From contig OX597818.1 in the NCBI GenBank assembly GCA_951406725.2, positions 67,890,001 through 67,954,000 of the forward strand: 64,000 nucleotides of DNA, in the 5' to 3' direction. Numbering within the stretch: position 1 is the stretch's first letter; every line of letters begins with the position of its first letter. Of this stretch, positions 14,019-27,750 are shown one piece after another. The notes beneath the pieces are model-generated. The model did no database searches. It had not been told where the DNA came from and worked only from the letters and a program-made list of their open reading frames with translations. A program made the translations under genes and the position numbers. Source of the DNA: Octopus vulgaris. Its lineage: Eukaryota.

Positions 14019-14808
14019 CTAGCTGACATACTCCGTAATTCCCAGGAAAGCGGGGATTATCCCTTTGTTCCGTTTCACTAATCCAATAACAACGATACAA
14101 AGTATGTAGCCCTTAAAACGGATTTTTTGCATTTACCGAGAATACTCAATTGCCTTACACAGGATATTGTTATTAGGAATTCTCAATAAGTTATGAATAC
14201 CCGAATTGTGAAGTCATTTATGTAATAACATGAAATTAGTTACCTGATAGTAAGAGTTGAAATAAAGTAGCACCAAATAGAGCTTTAAATCATTACCGGA
14301 GTATATAGAACATCGGAGGATATACTAATAAGGTATGTATACTAAAATTGTGAAGCATGTTACGTAATAGCAGGCTAATCAGATATGAGATAACAATTCA
14401 AAGTAAATAACTCTGAAAAGGCCTTTTGTGCGTTTCCAGAGAATATTACCCTCAGCGGCGCTAGTGTTGGTATATTCGTGAAAAAGTCACTCACCGAAAT
14501 AAGTGGTTCTATTTTTTAGGAAAATACTATTTACTTGCTTAAGGGTTCTACAGGATAAAATGTGAAAATAACTAACAGTGCAAATACTAAGAAACAAGCA
14601 TACTCAATTTCCTTTTTACCAAATAATTTAGGAAAATGAATAGGTTATTTCCCTTCGATATATATATAAGGATACGTTCAAGGGGCTCTATTATCGATGT
14701 TTTAAACAATCTGAGTATACCATGAGGTTCCCAGACATGAGTTCTATTCACACGTCAAGCTTCATCAAAATCGATAAAACTATGTACACATACACACCCA
14801 CAGACAGA

Positions 14809-14812
<4 letters not shown>
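14019..14812 (-). mobile_element. Probable non-autonomous Helitron
   Basis: The minus strand ends in a degenerate GC hairpin followed by CTAG|T at 14019-14022. The other end carries aagcttcatcaaaatcg..acagacaga..(TA)n, typical of invertebrate non-autonomous Helitrons. Confidence 0.55.
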
Positions 14813-14874
<62 letters not shown>

Positions 14875-14920
14875 TGTAATGGTGCACCACATTCATTGGT
14901 GACAAGCATTAGAAAATCCC

Positions 14921-14963
<43 letters not shown>

Positions 14964-15002
14964 TACATGCGTACTTACATAAATATATACATACATACAT
15001 AC

Positions 15003-15284
15003 ATTATTATTATGACTGCCCCCTCGTTATCGAGTATGGCCATTGCACGAAGAAGCCTAACTGTTACTGGTGCTGTGATCGAATGTGACTTTTTAGCCCA
15101 GCTAAAGATCTGCAATGTCTTGTACAGAATTGGCAACTAAAACCTTTACCGGTAATAGCCGGCTGTAGTTGTAACTGGGCTTCATGTACCTTTGCATGTC
15201 GTTTAAGTCCTCCTCCCGAATTACACTCTCTTCCACATGCCTGACAGATATGATTAGTATGGTGTGTAAAACCACCACCAGTGG
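15003..15284 (-). mobile_element. RTE-type LINE 3' fragment with two C2H2 fingers
   Basis: CQACGRECNSGGGLKRHAKVH...CQFCTRHCRSLAGLKSHIRSQHQ*, followed by a short 3'UTR and a (TAA) tail. Confidence 0.7.
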
Positions 15285-16055
15285 CCTTCAGCAACAATTT
15301 TAGCTGTGTGAATTGATGTATTAAAATCCTGGATGTTTGCGATTCCCTACGAAATAGCTCCGGAACCATAGGATGAATTTGATCAAATGAAATGTTTAAA
15401 TAGTATTCACTATTAATTCTGCCATGAAGGAAAGCCATTTGGCCTGAGAAGTTCCAAGATGCAGCTCCCCAGATCAGCACAGATCCTCCTACATGTTTAA
15501 CATTTGGAAGAAGGCAGTCTGAGTCAAGTGCTTCTTTTCGCACTCTTCACATGCATCCTCAGCCGGTGAGTGGAAAGAAGGTAAAAGATGTCACGTCCGA
15601 GAAAATAATTCTTCCACTGCTCTAGGGACCACTACTGTTGGTTTCTACCCCACTCTAGATGCTTTGCAACGTTTATTTTGAAATTAGTGATTTTCTAATT
15701 GTAGCCCTCCCGTGAAATCCGAATTTGTGCAGCTCCCGGAGAACCGTTTTTGTGGAAACTGGGTTCTCAAGATGGTCATTAAGCTCTATAGTAATTTTGC
15801 ATTTTTGTGATCCTTTCTAACAATTCGCGTAAGAGTCCGACGGTGCTTATCTGAAAGTTTTGGCTTCCTCCCAGTGTTTTGTTTCAATGAGGAGGTTTTT
15901 CCCACTTTCTCGAAGGCTGTCATTACTTTCGAGACAGTACTTCTTGATACACCAAACATTTAGGCTGTTTTCGTTACGCTAGCACCTGCAATACGAGCGC
16001 CAGCAATTTCATCACTTCGAAAGTCCGATAGAGCTGTCATTTTAATGAATTTTGA
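15285..16055 (-). pseudogene. Tc1-family transposase relic
   Basis: ATG at 16040: MTALSDF..IAGARIAGASVTKTA*MFGVSRSTVSKVM..GRKPKLS..; then PNVKHVGGSVLIWGA..GRINSEYY..; and a frameshifted IQDFNTSIHTAK (FQDDNAPIHTAK motif). Confidence 0.9.
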
Positions 16056-16303
16056 TGAATAAAAGTTTAACGAATAAAAAATGTAATCCATCTAATGGGC
16101 GATACATAACAGTTAATGTACTTAAGAATTCTAAATTCAAAGTTGCAGAGTTTTAAATACATCTCACGATATAAAGATATGTACTGAACATGAGAGATTG
16201 CCTGGCGATACAATGACTGTTATATAAATCATACAATTTATTGTATCTATAAAGCATGAGACTATTAATATCTCTTTTGTAAGCTGTGTGTGTTTGAGTG
16301 TGC

Positions 16304-16367
<64 letters not shown>

Positions 16368-16825
16368 GTACATATAATGGAGAAATTATACAAAATGTAT
16401 AAGTGGATGATGAGTAAAGCCCCGGTACGGTTCCAATTACCTGTTATTATCCGTAGAGGGCACGAACTTCATATATATATATGTGCGTGTGTGTGTGTAT
16501 AAATACATATATATACATGTATAAAAATATAGGCATACAAATATATATATATATATAAATATATATGTATATATGCACACACAAGCACATGCACACGCTA
16601 ACACACGTGCACACACACACGCACACACACACATGTACGCTATTAGAAGAATAGGTGTAGAGACAATGAAACAGTTTTCAAGAAATAAGAGATTTGCTAA
16701 TGCTTGTCACCAATGAATGTGGTGCACCATTACTGAAGAATCTGGTTACTTGCTTACTTTTCTGAATGTCAGAATTCTTAAAGATGCTCAAATCAATAGA
16801 CGTTATTTTTGGTAGTCAGTGTGTG

Positions 16826-16891
<66 letters not shown>

Positions 16892-16977
16892 ACTGCTTAT
16901 ATATCTATCTATCTGTTTGTCTGTCTGTCTGCCTCCCTCTCTCTCTCTCAATCTCTCTCTCTCTCCCTCTCTCTCTC

Positions 16978-17008
<31 letters not shown>

Positions 17009-17077
17009 GCAGACAGACAGACAAACAGATATATATATATATATATAAATATATACGCATGTACACACACATATATT

Positions 17078-17144
<67 letters not shown>

Positions 17145-17320
17145 TTGATATGCATGTGTGCATTTATTTTTCATGCGAACTAAAAGAAAGCACGCAAAGA
17201 AAGTGATAGACCCTCAAACAATCAGAGAGAGAGAGGGTGAGAGAGAGATTTTGAGAGACGGCAAAACTCAGAACATATTTCCTAAGAGTGACAAAATTTT
17301 TTTAAAGAAATGTTGGTGTT

Positions 17321-17353
<33 letters not shown>

Positions 17354-17539
17354 ATCTTCTTCTTCTTCTCTTCTTCTTCATCTTCTTCATCTTCTGCTTC
17401 CTCGTCTTCTTCTTCTTCTTCTTCTTCTTCTGCTTCCTCTTCACCTTCATCTTCACCTTCTTCTTCTTCTTCTTCTTCTTCTCCGCTTCTTCCCCGTTCT
17501 CCTCATCTTTCACTCTCACCCTCTTTTCCTTCCCCGTCT

Positions 17540-17815
17540 GGAATATGATGCAAGCCTGCTCCTCTACATATGCTGTTTTATGCGATGTCTGAATGACAGC
17601 TGCACAAGGAAAAGCTGATCTGTCGAAGCGAATCTTTCCTGTGGAAGACAAGAACCAAGGAAGCCACGAGATGAGGTTCTGAGAATTGATCTCAACTTAG
17701 AACATCTGACAAAGGAAAACATGATTAATAAAATGCCAGGACCCTGTCGAACAGCAAAACATGATAGCACAGGACGTGGGTGGAAGAGGCAAGGACATCC
17801 TGAAAATACACATCA
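17540..17815 (+). mobile_element. Highly decayed RTE-like LINE 3' fragment
   Basis: Remnants of an R..G.P...W..V...DL-like motif; weak. Confidence 0.35.
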
Positions 17816-17823
17816 TTTGGCAT

Positions 17824-17881
17824 CATCTCTCCATCATCTTCTTTCCTTACAGTAGTAAGGAAAGAAGATGATGGAGAGATG
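17824..17881. repeat. Perfect 27-bp-arm hairpin (4-nt loop)
   Basis: catctctccatcatcttctttccttac-agta-gtaaggaaagaagatgatggagagatg. Confidence 0.95.
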
Positions 17882-18881
17882 GGGCAGAGTGTATAAAGCG
17901 ATAAGGAAGGTGTCAGGGATTAAATATGTACAAGTCAAGCACTGTCATCTCGGTTACAGGATATGCCTGGAGTGATGAGGAGAAAAGATGGTGCTGAAAT
18001 CAAAAGGTACAGCATAGGTTCCATGGAGAGGAAGTAAAGAATATGAGAAGGTGTAAGAATACGGAATAAGCAGTAGTGGTGGTAGAAGAAGTACGCAATA
18101 CATTCTAAAATGTAGATGGCTTTAGGAAGGACATCCAGCCACAGAAAACATGCCCAAAGCTGACACTTGGGCTCAGTGTTGTCCTCCAATTTGCCATGGT
18201 CTGTTAAGCCATTAGATTCATACCAGCAGGTACAGTTGGTGTTACAAAATGATAATGACGTTAATAATGGTGATGATGATGATGATGATGACTATATCTA
18301 AAAGGCTCAGTATGGTCATATTTATGTTGTCTTTGATCGTAGGTATTTTAAATCAGGGTTGATTTGGGGTCAAATAACAGAAATGTGGCAAAAGTCAGAA
18401 CTCCTGTACATCTTTGATTATAGTTATGTTCTCTGCGGGCTGGACTAGGGCTAAACAGCAACGACATAATAATAGCTACAACACATCTGATCATGGGTCT
18501 GCTCCATTACGACAGACCTGGGGCTAAAAGGTAACTTGCAAACTCTGTGATAAGCAATACCAAACTTGTTAATTTTTGAAGATTTTATATTTTCTGATTA
18601 AAAAGTAGATTCCATGGAAATAGCTTTTTGAGGAAGCAAAATTGGTCTTCTTTTTTAATGAAATTTCACAGGATTCTCTGCTTTCTTCACCAAATGAGGT
18701 TTCATTATGTATTCAGTCAGCATACAATGTGTGTGTGTGTGTGTGTGTGTGTGGTGTATGTTTGTATATCCCAAATAGTTTTGTATAGTTTATATATGTA
18801 TGTATGTATGTATGTGTATATATACGTATATATATATGCATATATATATATATGTATTTATATATGTATATATATATATAT

Positions 18882-18924
<43 letters not shown>

Positions 18925-20270
18925 CATACATACATACATAGACAGGTAGACAGACAGACAAATTGATAGATAGATAGATCGATAGATAGAAAGACATATA
19001 TATATAGAGAGAGATAGATAGGTAGCTATGCGCGTGTGTGACTGCATAAAAGTACAGACGTGTTTTGCCTGAGTGTGTAGTGTGTATTTAAATACTTGCG
19101 TACACTTGAATATGTATGCATGTGTATGTAAGTCAGCACCAATACACGTGTGTGTGTGTGTGTGTGAATATGTACTTGCGCTTATGTATTTGTAGTACTG
19201 TGAATCTATTCGTGACTGTTTGTTTGTGTCTCTGTATACGTCAGAGAAGCTGTTCCCATTTGCATATCTTTCTACATATATGTGCACATATGTATATATC
19301 TCTATAGCCTCTAATAACACACTATGTATGTTTATATTTCTGTGAAGATATATGAATACGTCAGCTCTCATAACTGTTAAATGTCCCAACTGGGTCTGAA
19401 AATGTTAAGACTTATTAATTCCCAATCTCAGTCCAAGATGAAAAATCATGGTCTTTTATACACTTATCGGTTACTAGGCTATTTTTACTTTGATGAAAAT
19501 GTTTAAAGCATTCAGTTTGTCTTCAATTTATTTATTTTCCTTCCATTTGCCTCCAGAAATCGACTGTTTAAAATTGGCAAAAACACATAGAGTCACGTAT
19601 TTCATAAATTTCTTGAAATGCTTATATTTCGTTGCAATCAAATACTAAGATGAATTTCTTTTTATTTATATTATATATATAGAAACTCAGGGAGGAAACA
19701 GAAATATTTCTTTTGTAATACAAAGATTTCAGGAAATCGTTCAACATAAATAATGAGTTCTTCGCAGCACCAAATATTTTATAACATGGTGATCTGTTCA
19801 ATTATATATAGCAATTTTCCATCTCTGCAATAGATTACTGTTAGTGTTAAAGGAGTAGCTAAAAGTCAATGAAATTTCAATATTTTATAATTCAAAGTTA
19901 TAATTTCGAAACAATTGTAAAAACAAACCAGAACACTGAAGACTTGATTGAAATGAATTGCTAATTAACTCAAGAGTCACCACATGGAAATTCTTATTGT
20001 TCACTTTGAGTGAGGTATTTTTTCTTCATTTTAACTCATTGCATCAACTGGAGAATATCAAAGCAAACAGGCAGGATCAAGCACGGCAATGTTTTTAAGA
20101 AGTTTCTTTAGGAATTATGTGGTTGGGTTTCATGCCATTGCAGTGCGATTAGTGCTGGATGGGGCATTCTATTACACTATTCTATCCATGGCCTGATTAA
20201 CGCCTTGTAGGCGAAGATGTTCACAGAAGCTGAAGAACATAGTTCTATCTATCTATCTATCTATCTATCG

Positions 20271-20545
<275 letters not shown>

Positions 20546-20799
20546 TATATATATAGCAGGTGGTGCTATTAAGTTAGACATGGCCTGGGCCAATAATGGC
20601 CGAAACCTATCAAAGTATCAAAGTATCAAAGTATATATAAATTAGAAAAACCCACCTTTTATAAATTCAATAAGGAAAAATTAAGTTATACTATTTACAA
20701 AAATTACATATTATAAAAAAGATTAAATATAAGATAAAACATATAACGATGATTAAGTAATGTGCAAAATAATAAATAAAACGTATATATTTGGTAGAA

Positions 20800-20906
20800 T
20801 AACAACACGTGTTTCGTGGCTATATTTAAGATATGATAATAGTAAAAATCATAGTAGTAGTAGTAGTAAAATCACTTCAGTATAAATACAGCCACTCTTC
20901 AGGTTA
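20800..20906 (-). ncRNA. Type I hammerhead ribozyme motif
   Basis: Minus strand: taac-CTGAAGA-gtggctgtattta..(long loop)..taaatatagccac-GAAAC-ACGT-GTT-gtta. Stem I 4 bp, stem II 13 bp, palindromic stem III. Confidence 0.75.
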
Positions 20907-21026
20907 AAGATAACAACAATAATAAAATAATTAATCAGATAAATTAATAATTATACGTAAATAATTTTGTAAAATGCGAAATATTTTAACAAATATATTC
21001 TTGTTTAAAAAATAGATACAATTAAT

Positions 21027-21212
21027 TAGAAGAAGAAGAAGAAGAAGAAGAAGAAGAAGAAGAAGAAGAAGAAGAAGAAGAAGAAGAAGAAGAAAGGAAG
21101 AAGAAGAAGAAGAAGAAGAAGAAGAAGAAGAAGAAGAAGAAGAAGAAGAAGAAGAAGAAGAAGAAGAAAAAGAAGAATAAGAAGAAGAAGAAGAAAAAGA
21201 AGAAAAAGAAGA
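21027..21212. repeat. (GAA)n microsatellite
   Basis: Directly visible. Confidence 0.97.
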
Positions 21213-21899
21213 ATGCGGGAGTGCCATGATAGTAGTATGTTAAATGGTCAAGTTCCCTGAATGTGACCCGTTGTGGATGGTAGTAGTGATTGAATTCCTG
21301 AAACATCTCTTTTGAATGTTTTGTTTATAAAATTTTCGTAGGTGTTATTCGAAACAACAATAGTGGTAAAGTTAGGAAGGAGTGGCGTAGGGGAAGAAAA
21401 TGAAGAAGAAGAAAGAGAAGGGCGAATGAGAAGGAATGTAGGTAGTATGATAGTTGTAAGGTGTTAAATGGTCAAGTGATCTAAAATTGAATCGTTATGG
21501 ATTATAGCAGTGATTGGGACTGTTTTCTAATGGATACCTCGGAATCTCTTGAGTGTATCATTTTTAATATTTGCGTGTGTGTTTGTGTTATTCTGAGGCC
21601 GTGGTCGATATGTCGTTTGTTGTAGACGCGTTCAAAAAGGGTCTGGATTTTGTAATAATTTCACGAGCAGGCTGTTCCGTTGGTCGGATCAACTAGAAGC
21701 CTCGTCGTCGTAACCGACGGAGTGCCACGAATATGCGTGTAAATCTTTGCAAAATAAGTTTAAAATGGAAACTTTTTCAATAAAGAGATATTCAAATGTG
21801 AACACGGTGAACTCTGTGTCTCGTAGATCAGATGACTCACAATCAATATCGATGGTCGGATGTAGGTGTTCGTCTTCTTTTATACTAACAACATCAGCA

Positions 21900-22068
21900 A
21901 TGGGGGGTTGGGGTGGAGGAGAAGGTTAGGAGAAGAGGATAATAGAACAATGATGATGGTGGTGGTGGTGGTGGTGGTGGTTGCGGGAGTTATGATGATG
22001 ATGAGGAGGAGGAGGTGGAGGAGTGGAAGGAGTATGACAATGCTGAGGAAGAGAATGATGAGGATGAA

Positions 22069-22122
<54 letters not shown>

Positions 22123-22892
22123 AACGAAGGTGAGAATGATGATGGGGAAGAGAATGGGCGGGGGGGATAGATGATGATAATGAAGATGTTGATGATTAGG
22201 ATGTGGTGATAGTTGTGGTAGTGGTGATGATGATGAAGAGGCGGTGGGGGAAGAAGAGGAGGAGAAGGAGCAGGAGAACAAGGAGGGGAGAATGAGGGAG
22301 ATGATGAAGTTGACGATGATGATGATGAGTAAGATGAAGATGATTATGATGTAGATGATAATGATTATGATGTGGTAATAGTGGTGGTGGTGATGATGCG
22401 GAGGTGGTGGTGAAGGAGGAGGAGGAGAAGGAGAAAGAGGGCAAGGAGGGGAGAATGAGGGAGATGATAGTGATAATAATGGGGTGATGATGGTGGTGAT
22501 GATGATGGTGATTTCGATGTTGACGGTGATGGAAGTGGTGAGAGTAATAGTAATGATGATGGCGATGGCGATGGTGAAACGGTTGCAACAAACCTGGAAG
22601 GATTTGTAATGATGGTTGTGGTGGTGATGGTGTTAGTGGTGTTGTTGTTGTTGTTGGTGGTGGTGGTGTTGGTGTCGGTGTTGTTGTTGTTGGTGGTGGT
22701 GGTGCTGTTGGTAGTGGTGGTGGTAGTGCCAGTATACCAAATGACAACCGTAACAGGATGTTGGTTGTGCTGTACATAGTTTAAAATCTACAAACATATA
22801 AAAATACAAAAGATTAATAATATTTTCTAAACAGGGACACAGCTACAATTATTGCTGCTGCTGCCACTGCTGCCACTACTGGCATTGATGAA

Positions 22893-22932
<40 letters not shown>

Positions 22933-22990
22933 AGGATGATGATGATGAGGGGGAGGAGGAGGAGGAGGAGGGTGATGGTGGTGGTGGTGG

Positions 22991-23044
<54 letters not shown>

Positions 23045-23452
23045 GGAGGAGGAGGAGGAGGAGGAGGAGGATGGTGATGGTGATGATGATGAAGACGTCG
23101 GCGACCAAGACAACGGCAATGATAGCAATGACAATAAGGACAGCAGTGATAAAGACAATTCTACTTGGCAGCTCTCGATACAGGTGACTATGGGAACCCG
23201 TACAGACAAACAATAGCAGCAACGTGAATGCTTATTGACGGTGTGGGCGATGGTGACGATGATGATGATGATGATGAAGATGATGGTAAAGATGGAGTGG
23301 ATGAGGAGGAAGAGGTGGAAGTGGGAGATGCCATTGGTGTTTGTAGTGTCAAGATAGCACAATAATATTGATTTTCCTCATGGTGATCATTAAAGATGCC
23401 ATAATGATGGTGATCATTGTATCATTGACGATAATAACGATAATAGCTATGA

Positions 23453-23486
<34 letters not shown>

Positions 23487-24075
23487 GGTGGTGGTGGTGA
23501 GCTTGTCCTGTTGTATTATTATTATTATTATTATTTGGTTTTGTTTTCCATTGTCGTCCATATCTTTCATCGAAACCTATTTTGTTCTTCTTAAGGGATA
23601 ACTAATTATATGTATTATACTTAGAACAATTAAAACGCCATCTTCTCCCCCCATTCTCACAATATATTCTTCTTCTTCTTCTTCTTCTTCTTCTTCTTCT
23701 TCTTCTTCTTCTTCTTCTTCTTCTTCTACTTCTTCTTCTCCTTCTTCTTCTCCTTCTTCTTCTTCTTCTTCTTCTTCTTCTTCTTCTTCTTCTTCTCCTT
23801 CTTCTCGTTATGATTAATATCATCGTCGTCGTCTCCATCGTTATTATTATTATTTTTACTATTTTACTATTAAATAATAATCTAATTATTCACAATATTT
23901 TAATTATTACTATTTTGCATATATCATTAATGTTGTTGTTGTTGTTATCCTTATCATCATGATTACCATTATTATTATCTTTATTGTTTTTATCATCATC
24001 ATCATTATCATCATCATCACCATCACCATCACCATCACCATCATCATTTATCCTCATCATCATTATCGTTATCAT
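21900..24075. repeat. Extended compound trinucleotide region (GAT/GGT/GAG/CTT/CAT) with short unique islands
   Basis: Directly visible. Confidence 0.9.
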
Positions 24076-24860
24076 CATAGGACATACTCATTTGTTAATT
24101 TTAGCAGCAAAACTAAAATTCTTTAGTTCTCCCTTCATGGAATACCGTATCACGTCAATCAACTCCTTGTTTTTTATCATCACAATGTCTATATAATTCC
24201 CATTCATTGGTCCTTATTTTTTTAATCTTCTTTACCTTCATCACTTTATTGTTTTCCTCGTCCATTTCTGGTGTTGCCGACAATTGTGAAGGATCTGTGT
24301 GTGGTTTTATGGTTTCATTCAGAAACTTATATTGCAATTAAATGATTTCAGGCTTCCTTTCAATCTCCCAGCACCTCCAGTATTTGTCTTCTATCTTCGC
24401 CGGGGGGTTCACAGGAACCATATGAGTTCTAACTTCGGTCCTTTTATATAACAAAGGAGATGTCATGCTTGGTGTGTGAGAGGCGGTAGGGGTTAAGTTC
24501 CATATGGAACTGGGAGTTTGTGGGATTCGAGAAAACACAAGTGGAGAGGCTGAAGATGGGATGTCGACCGAAACAGTAATGACAAGAAAATTAAGCTGTC
24601 AGAAATAGAGAGGGAAGAAAAGAGATGGCAAAGCATATATACGTATGTGATTATATACCTGTGAATATATATATATATATACGTATAAATATAGGAATAC
24701 AAATATAGATTTGATAATACAAAGTGGAAAATAGAACTCAAAATGTAAGTATAATATGTATTTTTGTTTTTAATTTTAAGTGGCAGAAGTTACAAAGCCG
24801 CACATGGGCAGATATAATTTCAGAGTTTGTATTAAAAGACATAACTCTAATTTAAATCCA

Positions 24861-24931
24861 GTGTCCTTATATATTTACGAAGGGGAGACAAATACCCCTA
24901 TTGTCTCCCCTTCGTAAATATATAAGGACAC
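24861..24931. repeat. Perfect 31-bp-arm hairpin (9-nt loop)
   Basis: gtgtccttatatatttacgaaggggagacaa-ataccccta-ttgtctccccttcgtaaatatataaggacac. Confidence 0.95.
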
Positions 24932-25370
24932 AGGAAATGTGTCGAGGACGACAGGAAGCGTCGATGCTTCCTAGGGCTAAACAGCGGTGGTATAATTCCT
25001 TTACTGTCACATTAAGTTGACAGTATACAACTACTATAATTTATTTATTATCTATAATTCGTAGAAAATAAATGAATATGAAAATAAAGCGTATCGCATG
25101 GAGTTTTGTTTAAAATTCGATATAGACTTCAACATTCGCCACCAGTTTCTCAAGCCACCTGAAAACACGCATCAATTCATTTCATCTGGAAGTCTTACGG
25201 TCACGTTACGTTGACAGTATACAACCACTATATCGCTCCACCACCGTACATATCTCTATGAGGTATTTAGAAATTTAATATTTCTGAATGAATAAATTGT
25301 AAGTATTCTAAAATAGGGAGTTACTTTTCAATTACCCTGCATATACCTTAGAAAAATATAAGATAAATAC

Positions 25371-25415
<45 letters not shown>

Positions 25416-25559
25416 TATATATATATGTATTTATGTATGTATATATATATATGTATGTATATATATATATATATATACATATATATCACATACTCAACTA
25501 GACTATTAAATGTTGTTCTGTGGCACTGGTGACAATGCACATGGTATCCTTTTGGTTTT

Positions 25560-25775
25560 CAAAATGATGCCAGTCTCCTGGCGAGGAAATCAGGCCTAAG
25601 TTCTCCCCGGACCGGAAGCTAGTCCATCACAGGGTGACCGATTTTCAGCTGCGTGGACTGGAGCAGCCTGAAGTAAAGTGTTCTGCTCAAGAACACAGTG
25701 AACCGCTTGGGCCGAGAAGCGAAACCACAATCTAGTGATCGTAGGTGCAACAACGTAATCAGTAAGTTACACAGC
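25560..25775 (-). mobile_element. tRNA-derived SINE with a V-domain-like central motif
   Basis: Minus strand: tRNA-like head, tgtgttcttgagcagaacacttta, then ccctgtgatggactagcttccggtccgggg. Confidence 0.55.
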
Positions 25776-25859
25776 TTTAGACACACACACACACACACAC
25801 ACACCGTTTGCTGTTTCATTAAGATAAGATCAACAGGAAAACTACTCCGTCTAGTAATT

Positions 25860-26043
<184 letters not shown>

Positions 26044-26344
26044 TATAGATATATACATAGAGAGAGGGAGGGAGTGGAAAAGCGTCAACTAGTTAATTAA
26101 TTAAGCAATTAACTACTAGATAGTTTGCTAAATCGTTTGATCAATCAATCAATTGTTGTGTCATCCAGTTCCTGACCTCATCAGTGACATTGCTTCTGGT
26201 CCAAGAAGTGGGAGTCTTGACGTTCGTTATCGTATTTATTATTGTATTTCTGCTTCTGGAGATGTGCGTGAATGTGTGTCTGCAGCTATGGGGGTGAGCG
26301 TGTGTAGAGGGCATTAAGTTTTTACTCATTCTTATGGTCAACGT

Positions 26345-26712
26345 GGCACGCCGTCGGTTACGAAGACGTGGGTTCCAGTTGATCCGGTCAATGGAACAGC
26401 CTGCTCGTGAAATTAACGTGCAAGTGGCTGAGCACTCCACAGACAGGTGTACCCATAATCTAGTTCTCGGGAATACTCAGCGTGACACAAAGTGTGACAA
26501 GGCTGGCCCTTTGAAATGCAGGTACAACAGAAACAGGAAGAAAGAGTGAGAGAAAGTTGTGGTGAAAGAGTACAGCAGCATTCGCCACCACCCACTGCCG
26601 GGGCCTCGTTGAGAGTTAAGTGTTTTCACTCAAGAAACACTTAGAACACTTGAATAAACACTCGAAACCGCGATCCTACGACCGCGAGGCCGCTGCCCTA
26701 ACCGATGGGCCT
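26345..26712 (-). mobile_element. tRNA-derived SINE family D
   Basis: Reverse complement of 46939-47300. Confidence 0.85.
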
Positions 26713-26829
26713 ATGTATTTCCACTCATATGGTCTATGTCCGTATGAAAAGACTCTGTATGTGTGTGTCCAAACACACACTCACACTTACGTACACACTC
26801 GTAGACATGTGCATGTATGCATCTGCTCG

Positions 26830-27075
26830 GGAAGTGAGAAAGTCTTTTACGTTTCAAGCCTACGCTCTTCCATAGAATGGAACACAGAAAAATAAGCAGG
26901 GAGAGAAACTAAAAAGTTTAGTGGCTAGCAATCTATCACACACACACTCATATATTTTTCTTCTTGTTTTTTTCTGTGTCCCTCTCTGTAGAAGAGCGTA
27001 GGCTCTAAACGTAAAAGACTTTCTCTATTCCTGAGCGTTATACTAATACATCTGTTTGTTTTGTACACCACCTGC
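26830..27075. mobile_element. Inverted pair of a short element with degenerate hammerhead (gaagagcgtaggctcgaaacgta)
   Basis: 26830-26910(-) and 26960-27030(+) are approximate reverse complements sharing agagcgtaggct..aaacgtaaaagactttctc. Confidence 0.7.
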
Positions 27076-27337
27076 CTTATATATATATATATATATATAT
27101 ATATGCGTGTGTGTGTGTGTGTGTGTGTGTACATATATATAATGCTTAAATTGATTTCTGATTTATATTCAAATACACATTTAAATACATATCCACATAC
27201 GTGTATACATACATGCATACATATACATTTTTTAATTTTATTTTCTGCATTGAAGAGAACAGAATTATGGGGCTTATATTTACACACAGCCATTATGGAT
27301 TACCACGGAGGGTTTTACCACAAATGTCTAGATACCT

Positions 27338-27569
27338 ATTTTTTTACTACCCACAAGGGGCTAAACACAGAGAGGAGAAATAAGGACAGACAAACTGATT
27401 AAGGCGATTATATCGACCCCAGTGTGTTACTGGTACTTATTTAATCGACGCCGAAAGGATGAAAGGCAAAGTCGACCTCGGCTGAATTTGAACTCACAAC
27501 GTAGTGGCAGACTAAATAACGCCAAGCATTTCGCCCGGCGTGCTAAGGCTTCTGCCAGCTCGCCGCCTT
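27338..27569 (-). mobile_element. SINE family A, full length, with TSD
   Basis: Flanked by atgtctagatacct at 27324-27337 and 27573-27586. Confidence 0.9.
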
Positions 27570-27673
27570 CAGATGTCTAGATACCTTCAATGTTTTAGAC
27601 ATTTCCCTACCAAAAGCACTTATTAGAAATTCAGTATATTGTATTCTCATTGAATATATTTCATTAAAGATAA

Positions 27674-27750
<77 letters not shown>

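Noticed and set aside
24545-24585. CTGAAGA..GAAACAGTA hammerhead-like string
   Set aside because: No stem I complementarity and only a 2-bp stem II.
26125-26190. Minus-strand CTGATGA-ggtca..tgatc-aaac
   Set aside because: GAAA is incomplete and there is no stem I or cleavage triplet; at best a remnant.
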